64,000 nucleotides of DNA, taken from contig NC_068994.1 of the NCBI RefSeq assembly GCF_001194135.2, forward strand, positions 34,657,653 to 34,721,652, read 5' to 3'. The position numbers and the translations under genes are program-made. This document shows positions 39,840-52,214 of this stretch, in pieces (position 1 is the stretch's first letter; every line of letters begins with the position of its first letter). This stretch comes from Octopus bimaculoides. Lineage: Eukaryota. The notes below the pieces were generated by a model. It saw nothing but the letters and a program-made list of their open reading frames with translations. It had not been told where the DNA came from and did not search any database.

Positions 39840-40260
39840 AGATTCGGCAGAATAAGTTGCACAAGCAGAGTAACAAACATTGCAATACGAGAAAAGCTGA
39901 ATTTCCAAAGTATCTATTATTAAGAATCAAGTCCATAACTCTATCGTATTTGGATGTACAATGTGCTATGAGTCATTGCCCAAGTCCAATAGCAGTCCAA
40001 CCATTTCCTCTCTTTATATGATTATTCATTTATTTGTTTGCTTATTTATTTATTTATTTATTATATTTTTGTATGTGCATTTGTTCTTTCTGATTTTTAC
40101 TTCTTTATTTCTTAGTCTTAGCTGTACACCTGCTATGATTAAAGTGCTAAGGACCACTGATGAGGTCACAGAAGTATGACGAAAGAACTCTGGCCGAAAT
40201 AGGATTAATGTAATATAATGTAATATAAAGCTGAAGCAAGTTAACACCAAATATACAGTG
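39840..40260 (+). mobile_element. Probable 3' end/pseudo-LTR of a Penelope-like element, carrying a hammerhead motif
   Basis: Contains the hammerhead motif at 40151-40195. Sequence ~39990-40148 has a second copy at ~38635-38772. Upstream reads IREKLN..SIYY, weakly like a GIY-YIG C-terminus. Confidence 0.4.
40151..40195 (+). ncRNA. Minimal type I hammerhead ribozyme motif
   Basis: GGACCA-CUGAUGA(40157-63)-G-GUCA-cagaagua-UGAC-GAAA(40181-84)-G-aa-C-UC-UGGCC. Stems I and II pair; the predicted cut follows C40190. Confidence 0.7.
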
Positions 40261-41229
40261 CGTGTATTTTTATTGGCTAAACTGGCAATATGACCATCCC
40301 CAAGTACAACAATATATATATATGGTTATATTTAACCATATATATCATTAAGTATAACCATATATATTTGCCATATGGTCCCTCCCTCAAGATTTTCTGT
40401 CGAGGTTTACTCACTTTATCTTTTTTAAACACTCAGTAAGTTAGTACATGGGGCTGCAGAGGTATGAATTTAGGAGTTATTATTCTTCCAAACACATATC
40501 CCTAAAGAGGTTAATGGGTCTCATTTACCATGCCCATATACTAAGTAACATTCCCACCCTCAGGCATAACCTTTGGGTTCACTCACATAACTCAACAGGT
40601 CAGTAAACACCAGGTCCTGGTATGCAGCTGCTTGGAGGCATATGTGAGCTTGATACTTGAATGAGAACCAAGAGATCTTGAATGGATCCCCAAAGGGGAG
40701 TGACTGCCCTTCACTGTGAAGTACTATCCTTCCTCTTGCACTGAGCACAATCATGAAAACAGGTATTACAGTAGGCCACAATGACATCCTTCACTTTCAC
40801 CAGAAGTTGAGGACCCAAGCTAACTCTAACTGCAAGGAATGAATGAAAAATGTCATTGCCAAGAACAAATATGTCAAAAATCTCATTTCTCTTCTTCTCT
40901 CATACATCTGAAGCCTATTGATATTAAAATCAATAACACAATCGATAATACATTGAACACTGGTAGTTTTATTTATTAATGAGTATTATATTGCAACCTC
41001 AGGGTCTTCTTTGACTTTCATCTTCTTTAGTTCAATACAATAAGGTACCAGTAAAGCATTGGGGGTTGATATAATCAAATAGACCCTCTAACAAATCTTA
41101 TGGAATTGTAACCATATTTGAAGTCAATATTGTTGTTCTATAACTGCAAGCAGGCTCTAATTTCCAAAATTTGAAACCTGTTTTCATATACACTCAACAG
41201 ATTAGACTGTTGGAGAAGAAAAGAATCCA

Positions 41230-42390
41230 AACACTGGGCTACAACAAGTAACCTTAGATGCCAAGAACCTTCCTAGGTATCCTAGCTGTTCCTGTCCTAT
41301 TTCCTCTATCCATCTGTTCAGATCTTTAGGGATAGTTCCCAATGCACCTATAACTACTGGAATACATTTTACCCCCACTTTCCATAGTCTCTGTAATTCA
41401 GGTCCTGGTACTTTGCTATTTTTCTATACATCTCTTATTAATGTTTTCATCATTTAGGACTGTAAAGTCAATTATCTGGCACTTTCTGTTCTCTTTATCT
41501 ACTATTACCAGATCAGGCCTTCTAGTTTCTATTACTCTGTCAATCTGAATGTTGAAGTCCCACAACATCTTGTACTTCTTACTCTCTAGTACTTTATTAG
41601 GTTCGTGTTCATACCGTTTATCAGTATGTTCAAATCCTAGCTTTCTACATAGCTCCCAATCGATTGCTCTCCCTAGATTGTCATGTCTTTACTTGTATTC
41701 TTTCTGTGCCAGCATGCTACATTCACATAATATATGAGTAACACTTTCCTATTTTGATTTGCATAATGTACATTGGGAATCTACCATGCAACACCTTCTC
41801 TTGCCAGTCAGATAATTTCTGTTCTTTTTTCTGGTTTTTAAGTTTGTTTGGGTTTTTGGTCTTCCTATGTCTTTATTTTGATAGACTCCTATGTAGGTAA
41901 TAGTGAAGAAAGTTTATGTCTACTCAAGCTAACTCCACACAGTCTTCTACTGATATTAACCCCCTCTTCCTCCTTCCTTTCTAGGTAGGTATAATCTTGC
42001 TACTCCTGCCCTTGGGTGGAGTCCTCCATTTATATTGAATTCCTTCCTAGTTCTTTAGTCTAGCTTTGCTAATTCAGTTTTTGTCCAATCTACAAAAGCT
42101 GCTAAGTATCTAAGTAATGATACTGCCCAAGTATTTACAGCATTCACTAGATTCAGATCATTTTGTTTTGACTTCAATAGCTTCCTCACCCTTCTAATGT
42201 ACTCCTCAATTTTCTCAAATTGTATTTTCATTTCTGTAGTTAGTACCTTGTCAGATTCTAATACCTCTATGTTCTGATTTCAAATTTTAAGTGGTTCACT
42301 TTCATGTCATCTTTCAGTTCAGATGACGACAAAATTAGGTAGTTGTTGTTTAACCCTAGATCAGTTCGTACCCGTTCTAACCATGACCAT
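41230..42390 (-). mobile_element. 3' part of an RLE-type non-LTR retrotransposon, R4/Dong-like, decayed
   Basis: Minus-strand translation gives post-RT motifs (EYIRRVRKLLKS, NAVNTWAVSLLRY, GGLHPRAGVARLYLPRK), a CCHC finger CTLC-x8-H-x4-C, and LWDFNIQIDRVIETRRPDLVIVDKENRKCQIIDFTV (PD..D endonuclease). It continues IPVVIGALGTIPK and ends RKVLGI* at 41254. Several stops and indels. Confidence 0.9.
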
Positions 42391-42420
42391 TCTATAAATT
42401 AAAAAAAATTCTTTTTGTAA

Positions 42421-42840
42421 TCACAAGTGTGGCTGTTTGGTAAGAAATTTGCTTCCCAACCACATGGTTATGGGTTGTCTTACAGTGTAGCACCATGGAT
42501 AAATGTCTTCTACAATAGCCACAGATGAACAAAAGCCTTGAGAGTGGATTAGGTAGACAGAAACTGAAAGAAGCCGGTGAGCTTAAGGTGGCAAGGTGGC
42601 AGAAACATTAGCACTCGGGGCAAAATGCTTAGCGGTATTTCGTCTGCTGTTACATTCTGAGTTCAAATTCTGCTGAGGTCGACTTAGCCTTTCATCCTTT
42701 CGGGGTCGATTAAATAAGTGCCAGTCACATACTGGGGTTGATGTAATCGATTTAATCCCTTTGTTTGTCCCCTCTATGTTTAGCCCCTTGTGGGCAATAA
42801 AGAAATAAGAAACTAAAAGAAGCCTGTTGTATGTGTGTGT
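42421..42840 (+). mobile_element. SINE family A head interrupted by a SINE B insertion
   Basis: Head 42421-42575, which resumes after 42808. Confidence 0.75.
42576..42807 (+). mobile_element. SINE family B, young subfamily
   Basis: Same tail. 17-bp TSD agaaactRaaagaagcc at 42559-75 and 42808-24. Confidence 0.9.
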
Positions 42841-43515
42841 GTGTACTGTGTGTGTGTAACTACAATCTATTAATTGAAACAAGTAACAAATATAAAGATA
42901 AAAAATATTTAATGCTTTAGATACCAAACTGCCTGAAAACACTGGTTCTATAAAACAATCTTCATGTTTTAATGTGATCTAAATTAAAACCTTACCTTCA
43001 GCCAGATAATGACAAAGTTACTTTACTAAATTCTTCATTATTTTCAAATTTATCGAAGAAAAATTGCTGTGTATTTTAAGAAAAATATGGTAACAGAAGG
43101 TTAAGCCTATGTTCTCCAAAATCTCCTGTTTCTTAAAATACAGTACAATTTGAGAGAGATTCTGGTTGCTATTACTAGAAGGTTGAACAGCAGCATACAA
43201 ACTCTGTCAGCTCATGAAGAATACACTCCAAATAGTAACAGTCACATACTAAAGTCAATTCATTTCAAAGCATAACCCTGCCATTAAAATATGTGACCTT
43301 GTGCTAAAGATAAAAACGAACGCTGTTACCCTTACTATTGTGTAAGAATTCATTGCTTAATATAAAGAAACCATTACTCTCAGAAGAAGAAAAAAAAACC
43401 AATCGTCATCGTCATCATCATCATTATTTATATTTTAGTAGTCATATTCTTATTGCATGTCTTCACTACACAACATGCTTAGCTATGTGTGCCTTGGGTA
43501 TTATATATATATATA

Positions 43516-43560
<45 letters not shown>

Positions 43561-44136
43561 GCACACTTATTTTCACTTTATTGAAAATACTCTACATACT
43601 GTGTATGTGTGTTCAGTGCCTAGTAGTGCCATTTTCTGCATGTTATATATAAAGTCTAACTTGTGGGATTTTGTATTATTAATATTATCAACATTACTAT
43701 TTTGTTGTTGTTGTTGTTATATTTAGAATTTTATTTTGAAATTAAAGAAAGATTAGAAAAAAAAAAAAAATTTGCAGAAAAGAAGGCAACCTGCTCTGTA
43801 AAAATTTCTTCATTCGAAATCTTCGACTTGGAGAGATATTGATCCAAAGTTGAGCTGCTCCATAAGGCAAGAATCATTTATCTTCCTCACATGCACGAAC
43901 TGCATGTCAGGAAAGCTGTGTCACATTTTCAATGCCTCTTCCATAATTTTTTTTTTCCTCTCAAAAGGAGCAGAGCAGTAACCTGCTAGTATGCACACAC
44001 TAGCTTTCCAGATATTACATTATGTAAGTGCGTGCGTATCTAAGCATGTATATGAATGTATATTTGAATATATGAATCTATCTATCTATCCATTTATCTA
44101 TCTATATCGATACACACACACAAATGGGGTTTCTAT

Positions 44137-44167
<31 letters not shown>

Positions 44168-44174
44168 GCGTTTA

Positions 44175-44243
<69 letters not shown>

Positions 44244-44929
44244 GGAGATCTATGCATGTACACACTATAGAACTTCTGTTCAATACAGCACACTCACCAC
44301 AATATAGCTCCCTCTCTCCCCTCCACTCTTCATTTCCTCTCCTTAGTTTTACATTTCCTCGTTTCTTTTTCAAGTACAAATCCAGTCACCAACAGCGTTA
44401 ATTTTATATATCTTCTAGGTCAATATGCACTGGTAATGCACTGGTGTTGGTTCTAATTCCACTTTCTCCTCATCATATCCTACAAAAATATAGCCATGTT
44501 CCAACGTAAGAAATTATTACATTAATACATATTTCTGCTACTGTTGTTATTCTCTTAGCCTCCATTTTACCTGAGTAGATCTATGAACAAAGACATTCCA
44601 TCCAGAGCCATCCTCTCCTTCTCTTGAGCATTGTGTATCTAGGAATATATCATCCAATATGTCACCACTTTTGTCAAGAAAGTAGGGTGTAATTTGAGAG
44701 AGGATTTGCTCCTATTCCTAACAGGGTTGAGTGAACCTATACATGTCACCTTGTGGTCTGGTTGCTGTTATAATTCTTGTTGTATACAGGGGTTTATTCA
44801 TCTGAATCTTTTTCCATTTCATGGTCTGTTGCACATTGGGCTGTCCCTGGAGGGTTCCACCAGCAAATTAGTTTTCTTCTATGTGAAGAGGTTGCAAGTC
44901 CCTCGTTTGATCTTTTATCTTTTGCTTAT

Positions 44930-45520
44930 CTAAGTTGTTGGACTGCAGTTATACTGGGGCACAGTCTTGAACAGTTTACTCAAACAAATTCACCCCAGTA
45001 CTCAGTTTTCTTTTAAGTCTGGCACTTTTTCTATTGGTCTCTTTTTGTCAACCCACTAAATAACAGGACATAAGCACACCAACACCGGTTGTCAAGTGGT
45101 TGTGGGGATCAAACACAAAGGCATACACACACACACACACACACATATATATACAAAGGGATTCTTTCAGCTTCTTATTTCTTTATTGCCCACAAGGGGC
45201 TAAACATAGAGGGGACAAACAAGGACAGACAAAGGGGTTGTCAATTACATTGACTCCGTGCATAACTGGTACTTAATTTATCAACCCTGAAAGGATGAAA
45301 AGCAAAATTGACCTTGGTGGAATTTGAACTCAGAATGTAACGGCAGACGAAATACCGCTAAGCATTTTGCCCGGCGTGCTAACGTTTCTGCCAGCTCGCC
45401 GCCTTCTTTCAGTTTCTGCCAACCAAATCAAAGCTATGCTTGACACTTGCCTAAGGTGCTATACAGTGCAACTGAACCTGCAACCATGTGGCTGAGAAGC
45501 AAACCTCTTACCACAAAACT
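44930..45520 (-). mobile_element. SINE family A interrupted by a SINE B insertion
   Basis: Tail 1 at ~44930-45115 and head at ~45401-45515. SINE B sits between them. Confidence 0.75.
45176..45400 (-). mobile_element. SINE family B, young subfamily
   Basis: Same tail on the minus strand. Flanks ggattctttcagcttct (45159-75) and gccttctttcagtttct (45401-17). Confidence 0.9.
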
Positions 45521-45521
45521 A

Positions 45522-45552
<31 letters not shown>

Positions 45553-46257
45553 CCTTGTATCTTAAATACTAAACAAAAAGTCCTGTTGTTGTTATTCCTT
45601 TCTATTGCATTACTTGTGTTTTGGCAGCCTCTTGACCCAGCATAAATTTCTATTGCATATTATAATTTGGACTGACACACAAATGATGTATTAGAGCTGC
45701 TGTAGTCTATTGAACTAAATATAGTAAATATTTCCAGTAGACCAATGGCGGGATAGAAAAGTAACAGGCATGATTTGAACTTGGTCACATAACAGCAAAA
45801 TAGATTACTGTTCAGCACGTTACCATTTGCGCTACTTTTAGAGACCTAATAATAATAATATCACAATGAAGTGAATTAAGATAATAGCAACAATAATAGT
45901 TTCAGATTCTGGCCCAAGTTCAATAATTTTAAGGAGTTGGTATTAGTTGCATGATTATGTATTTTATGATTTAAGTTTGCATGTTTTTGAATTAACTAAG
46001 GACTGGAGTTAAACAAAGTTTCATATTGTATATTCAAGAGGATTAATAAAGTTCATTGATTAGTTATCATTAGTTGTATTCATGCAACATCTTGCTGGAA
46101 GCAAATTAATTCTATAAGTGTTTCTCCAGTGCAACATAACGAGTGAACTTGCCTATATATATTGTAATGTAAGAATTGTAAAGCATATACAAAAATATAT
46201 TTTACATAGTACATACATAATCTGATACAGACCTCTCAATATGTTGGACAGGGTGGT

Positions 46258-46387
46258 TAGATGTACGTTTTATATAAAAAAAGCTGGCAGTTAACCAAGA
46301 TTTGCCTTTGGTTGTTCATGACAGCTGTAAACAATTGGGGGTGGAACTCAGAACAGACGACCAGCTTTTGATATAAAAATATATCTA
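46258..46387. mobile_element. Small putative MITE with ~28-bp imperfect TIRs
   Basis: tagatgtacgttttatataaaaaagctgg / ccagcttttgatataaaaatatatcta. Confidence 0.5.
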
Positions 46388-48577
46388 TAGCTTTATAGGT
46401 ATAGAGAGACAGATAGGGATACAGTTCAAATATCTTTCATTCCTGCATCTCTAGAGTATAGTGCTTTAGAGAAAGTAACATTGAAACCCAAAGTTATCTT
46501 GAAAACTACAAGAGATGCATGTGGCTCATGCACCACAGTTTGGCCACTGCTAATTTATACATTGATAGAGATGGTCATGCTGGGAATAATGGTTGTGACT
46601 GCTGTGGTTGTTGGGATGACAGTTGAGGCAGTTATGATGACGGCTGTGGTAGTTGTGATGATGGTTGTACTTGTTGTAATGATAGTTGGGGTTGTTGTAA
46701 TACTGGTTGTTGTGCTTGTTAGGAGGCTATTGAGGTGGTAGCTGTGATGAGGGTTGTGGCTGTTGATGTGGTGGTGAGATGGTGGTTGTTGTGATGATGG
46801 TTGTGGTTAGGGTTGTGGTTGTTGTTGTTATGACAATGGTTGTTATGGTGACAGTTGTTTTCATGAGGGCTATAGTTGTTACTATGATGGTGGTTGTTAT
46901 GTTAACAGTACTTGATATTGTGATGACAGTTATTGGCTGTTGTGTTGTTTGTAGTTGTGACTGTCACAACTATTACTGCAGTGTTTTTATGACCATAATT
47001 GTTGTGAGGCTATTAATGTAACAGTAACAGATGCAGTGGTGTGTGCTGCAGTTGTGGCTGCAGTGCTAGCAGTGTTGGGTTTGTTATGGTTGTTGTAGTG
47101 GTGGTAACAGTCGCAGATGTTTTTATTGTGATTGTGGTAATGGTAGTGTCATTGTGGTTGTTGTTATGATGGTAGTGGGGTTGCTATGTTTGTTGTTATG
47201 GTTACTTTTGTGGTGGTAACTGTTGTAGATATAGCTGTAGCGGTAGTACTGTTATTTCTGTTTTTGCTGTGGTGGTGATGGTAGTGGAAGTAGTAGTAGT
47301 AGTAGGTTATTGTGGTTGTGGTAACAGTGCTGTTGTATGGTCAGTTGGTGTGGCTGCTGTTGCTGTTGTAGTGTAGTGTTAACTGTTCTAGTAGTTCTTG
47401 TTGGCGATTTGGTGGTAGTAGTGACATTGCTATGACATGTGGCCTGTTGTTGATCAAGATTGATTGAGCAGAGCCATGATCACAAGGAGCTCCACTCATG
47501 ACTATCCAGCCTTTTCCCATTATTAAGCACTACATTAGCTAACGCATTCTTCTTTATTTAAATTGGTAAAAAAATATGATTTGAGGCTGATTTGACTGCT
47601 ATTTGGCTGCTACAGGTCAAGCAACCATCTAGGAGCTCCCTTCTCTCTGTAGTAGTAGCTGTTGTCATTGGTGGTGGTGGTGGTAGTAGTCATTATTACT
47701 GTAGTAGTTTTGTATTTGTGGGTTTCCAGCCCCTGTAAAACCAACTTAGCTCCCCAATATTGCTATGCAGCCTGTTATGGCCGCCATCTTCCTCAAAGCC
47801 TTTTTGCTACTGACATGGCTGCTGCTGTATATATTATGATTGCCACTACTACTGCTTGCTGGTGCAGGCATGGCTGAATAGTTAAGACGCTCACTTCACA
47901 ATAACAAGGTTACCAGTTCAATCCCACAACATGACATTTTGAGAAAAGTATGTTTTATATCACTTTATATTATAAGTATATAACATTGGGTTGATCCAAG
48001 ATTTAGTGACTGGATGAAATTTCGGGTAGATGGAAATTGTATGGAAGCCTGTTTGGGTAGATTATACATGTAATTTAAAGGTCCAGTCTTGTCACATATT
48101 GTGTCATGCTGAATCCTGCCTGCAAATTACATTAAGGAGATATGTGTCTTTGAAATACTCAACCACTTACACACTTATTTAATGAGCTGGTAATTCAGAC
48201 AATTAATTAAAACTGCTTGAATGCTCAATGTCAAAATGAAGAAAAATCCATTTACCTAGGACTACTACCACCACCACCACCACCACCACCACTGCCATCA
48301 CCACCACCATCACTACTACTACTGCTGCTGCTGCTGCTGCAACTACAACCCCTTCCACACTCACACAGGCACCCCTGCCACTAGAATCCTATTGCTTCCA
48401 CATTCACTTTCTGTCAAAGATCCCTTATTATTGATGCTACTGCTGCTGCAAACTACTGCTGCTATCATCATGGTTACCTCCCTTCTTTCATCCCCACTCC
48501 CACCACCACCACAACCACTTTCTTTTTCCTCCCCTCCTGCTCTCAAAACTACTGTTACTACTTCTGCTACTAAATCA

Positions 48578-48624
<47 letters not shown>

Positions 48625-49090
48625 CACCATCAACATCACCACCACTATTTTTTAGCATTCCTGCTACTACTACTGCAATGTAGTTAGCAGTCCTCCTTAA
48701 AAATTATCTCTATTAAAGATGATGGTGGTGGGAGCGATGGTGGTGGTGGTGTGGCAGATAGCCATAACTGCACCTGGAATAATTATCATCAATACCACCA
48801 GCCTAATTAGCTTCTAAGCAATCATTTCCAAATTGTTTATCCTTGATCTGACAACAATGACAATTATTATTATGATGGTGGTGGTGGTGCTGGTGGTGGA
48901 GGTTGTTTATTTTGTTGAGGAGGAAAATTTCTCTCATTCTGCCTCTCCTTACTTATTACAGTTGTAGTAGTTTCCAATGTGTCCCAGTAATTGTAGTAAT
49001 CCTTTAACTGGGAGCCCATCCCACCACAAATCCAATCATCTATCTATCTATCTATCTATCTAATCTACACACACACACATATATATACAT

Positions 49091-49121
<31 letters not shown>

Positions 49122-49166
49122 CAGAGAGAGAGAGAGATAGATTGATAGCTATATAGATATAGATAA

Positions 49167-49264
49167 ATATAGATATCTGTCTATCCATCTATATATGTAT
49201 TTATATATATATATGCATATATATATATAAATACATATATAGATGGATAGACAGATATCTATAT
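49167..49264. repeat. Perfect 98-bp palindrome without spacer
   Basis: 49167-49215 is the exact reverse complement of 49216-49264. Confidence 0.95.
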
Positions 49265-49583
49265 ATATATATATATATGCATATATATATATATATGCAT
49301 ATATATATGTATATATAGCATATATATAAATATATATTTATATGTATGTATATTTGTATGTATGTATATATATTTATACATACGTATATGTATGATTATT
49401 TGTATATACGTACATATATGTATTTGTATATATGTACATATATATATTTGTATATACGTACATATATATATATTTGTATATACGTACATATATATGTATT
49501 TGTATATATGTACATATATACATACACACACACACANNNNNNNNNNACATGCACAGATACACATACACACACATATATACACA

Positions 49584-49633
<50 letters not shown>

Positions 49634-51028
49634 CATACATATACACATACATATATATATGTACATATCTATATACACATACATGCATACATATATACAC
49701 ACATCTAAATACACACACATATATTCATCTATCTCTGTCTTTTCGTTTGTCTATCTGTATGATATATGTGTTCATGTGTGTATGTGTATCCATCAGTTTG
49801 TTCATGAGTCCAACAAGATATTCATCAAAGTATCAGTCCTTCCAAACAGCTTATCTATTAACCCAGCCAGTCATCTCCAAAAACCTATCCACCTTTGCAT
49901 TCAAACATCTAACAACCGTTGAAGCCACCCTTTTCATCAAACCATCCATTTATCACCAAATTCAGTCTTTATTCAATCCATTCATCTGTCTGACTGTCAA
50001 TCTATTCTTCCACCATTCATCCAATTCTCCTTCAATCCATTTGGCTATTCAACACACTGTTTACCAAGTCATTTGAACTGCAGGAAACAGTTGCAAAATA
50101 TCTCTCAAAAAACGAAAACACAGCAAAGTCTTAAGTAAGGAAACAACATATTCGATATTGTAGTTCTGAAAACAAACCTTATAAAGACAGGGTGGTCACA
50201 GTTGGAGTTCCTTTGATTGATCATAGATCTATTTTGGACAGGGTTAGTGTGGTAGGGGTGAAAAACTTCTTCATCCGTCTATTATATATCCATTCATCTA
50301 GTTTACATCTATTTGTCTGTCTGTATGTTTGTCAGTTTGTCTGTCTGTCTGTCCAATAATGAATCTATCTACCTACCTATCTACCTGTTTATCTATTAAT
50401 TTATTCATTCAATTATTTTTTTTTTCATCCAGCTATCCATTTCACTGTCATCCATCCATCCATCCAGCTAACCATCCAGTCTTCTATATACTTATCTACT
50501 CATCCATTCATCTACCTACTCACCTATCCATCACTCTATCCACCCTTCATCTATTTGTGAATGAATCCTGTTACTCAAAATCTTACAAACATAACCAGCC
50601 AGCCAGCCAGCCAGTCGACTGACAGAGAAACCTTCACTGTTTATTATCTTTGAATTATGCTAATTTTATTCCACCATAATCCTTACTATGTGCAAGTAAG
50701 CACTGTTGTTTACATTTCTCTCTGTCGCATTCCTGCTGCTTCTTAAAGTGGGGGATTTCACCAATTCACTTACACGACCAGGAAAACCGTGGTCACTCAA
50801 ACTGCTAGAAATAACAAACAAATCAATCTCTTATCAAACACCACTACTCTTATAAATCTGGAGAGACGCCTTGTGTGATATTGTGTAATACCCTATCTTC
50901 TGAAAAGACGGGATGGTCATGACAGGAATGTTTATGAATGAACATTGATCACTTCAATGAGAACTGATATGGGGGCTAAATATTAACAACAAATAAACAG
51001 CCAGCCTCTTGTCACTCATAACATTCAT

Positions 51029-51210
51029 TGGCAGAATTGTTAGCATTCAGGGCAAAATGCTTGACATTTGAGTTCAAATTCCGTTAAGGTCAACCTTGCC
51101 TTTTGTTTTTTTTCGGGGCGGATGAAATAAGTATCAGTTATGCATTGGGGTCGATGTAATCAACTAGTCTCCTCCCACAAAATTTCAGGCCTTGTGCTTT
51201 TAGTAGAAAA

Positions 51211-51241
<31 letters not shown>

Positions 51242-51665
51242 GTTGTTGTTGTTGTTGTTTGGGAAGCTGGCAGAATCATTAGCATGCTGGATGAAATGCT
51301 TTGCAGCATTTTGTCTGTTCTTACATTCCGAGTTCAAATTCCGGCAAGATCGATTTTGTCTTTCATCCTTTCGGTGTTGATGAAATAAGCACCAGTTATG
51401 CACTGGGGTCAATGTAATCAACCACACCCTACCCCAACATTTCAGGCCATGTGCCTATAGTAGAAACACTTATTATTATTATTCGGTGAGCTAGCAGAAC
51501 CATTAGCATACCAGACAAAATGCTTCGTAACATTTCTTCCAGTTTTACATTCAAAGTTCTAATTCTGCTGAGTTAGACTTTGCCTTTCATCCCTTCAAGA
51601 TCAATAATATAAGTACCACTTGAGAACTGGAAAATTTCAGGCCTTGTGCATATTTCAGAAAGGAC

Positions 51666-51701
<36 letters not shown>

Positions 51702-52179
51702 GGCGATGAGCTGGTAGTATTGTTAGCACGCCAGGCAAAATGTTTAGCAGTATTTCATCTGCTGCAACATTCTGAGTTCAAATTCCCCTTTCGGGGAGAG
51801 TTAAATAAGTACCAGTTATGCACTTGGGTTGATGTAATCGACTTAATCCCTTCCCACAAATTTGAGGCCTTGTGCTTCCAGTAGAAAGGATTATTATTAT
51901 TATTATTATTATTATTATCATTATTACTGTTATTATTTTATTAAGGCTGTGCACTGGCAAAATTGTTACCACAATAGACAAAATGCTTGGCAGAATTTTC
52001 TCCATCGTTACATTCTAAATACAAATTCTGCTGTCTTCGATTTTGTCTCTCATTCTTTCAGGGTTGATAAATGAAGTACCAGTTGAACACTGGGTTCAAT
52101 GTAATTGACTTATCCCCTTCCTGAAATTTGCTGGCCATGTGCCAAAATTTGAAACCATTATTATTATTATTATTATTAA

Positions 52180-52214
<35 letters not shown>

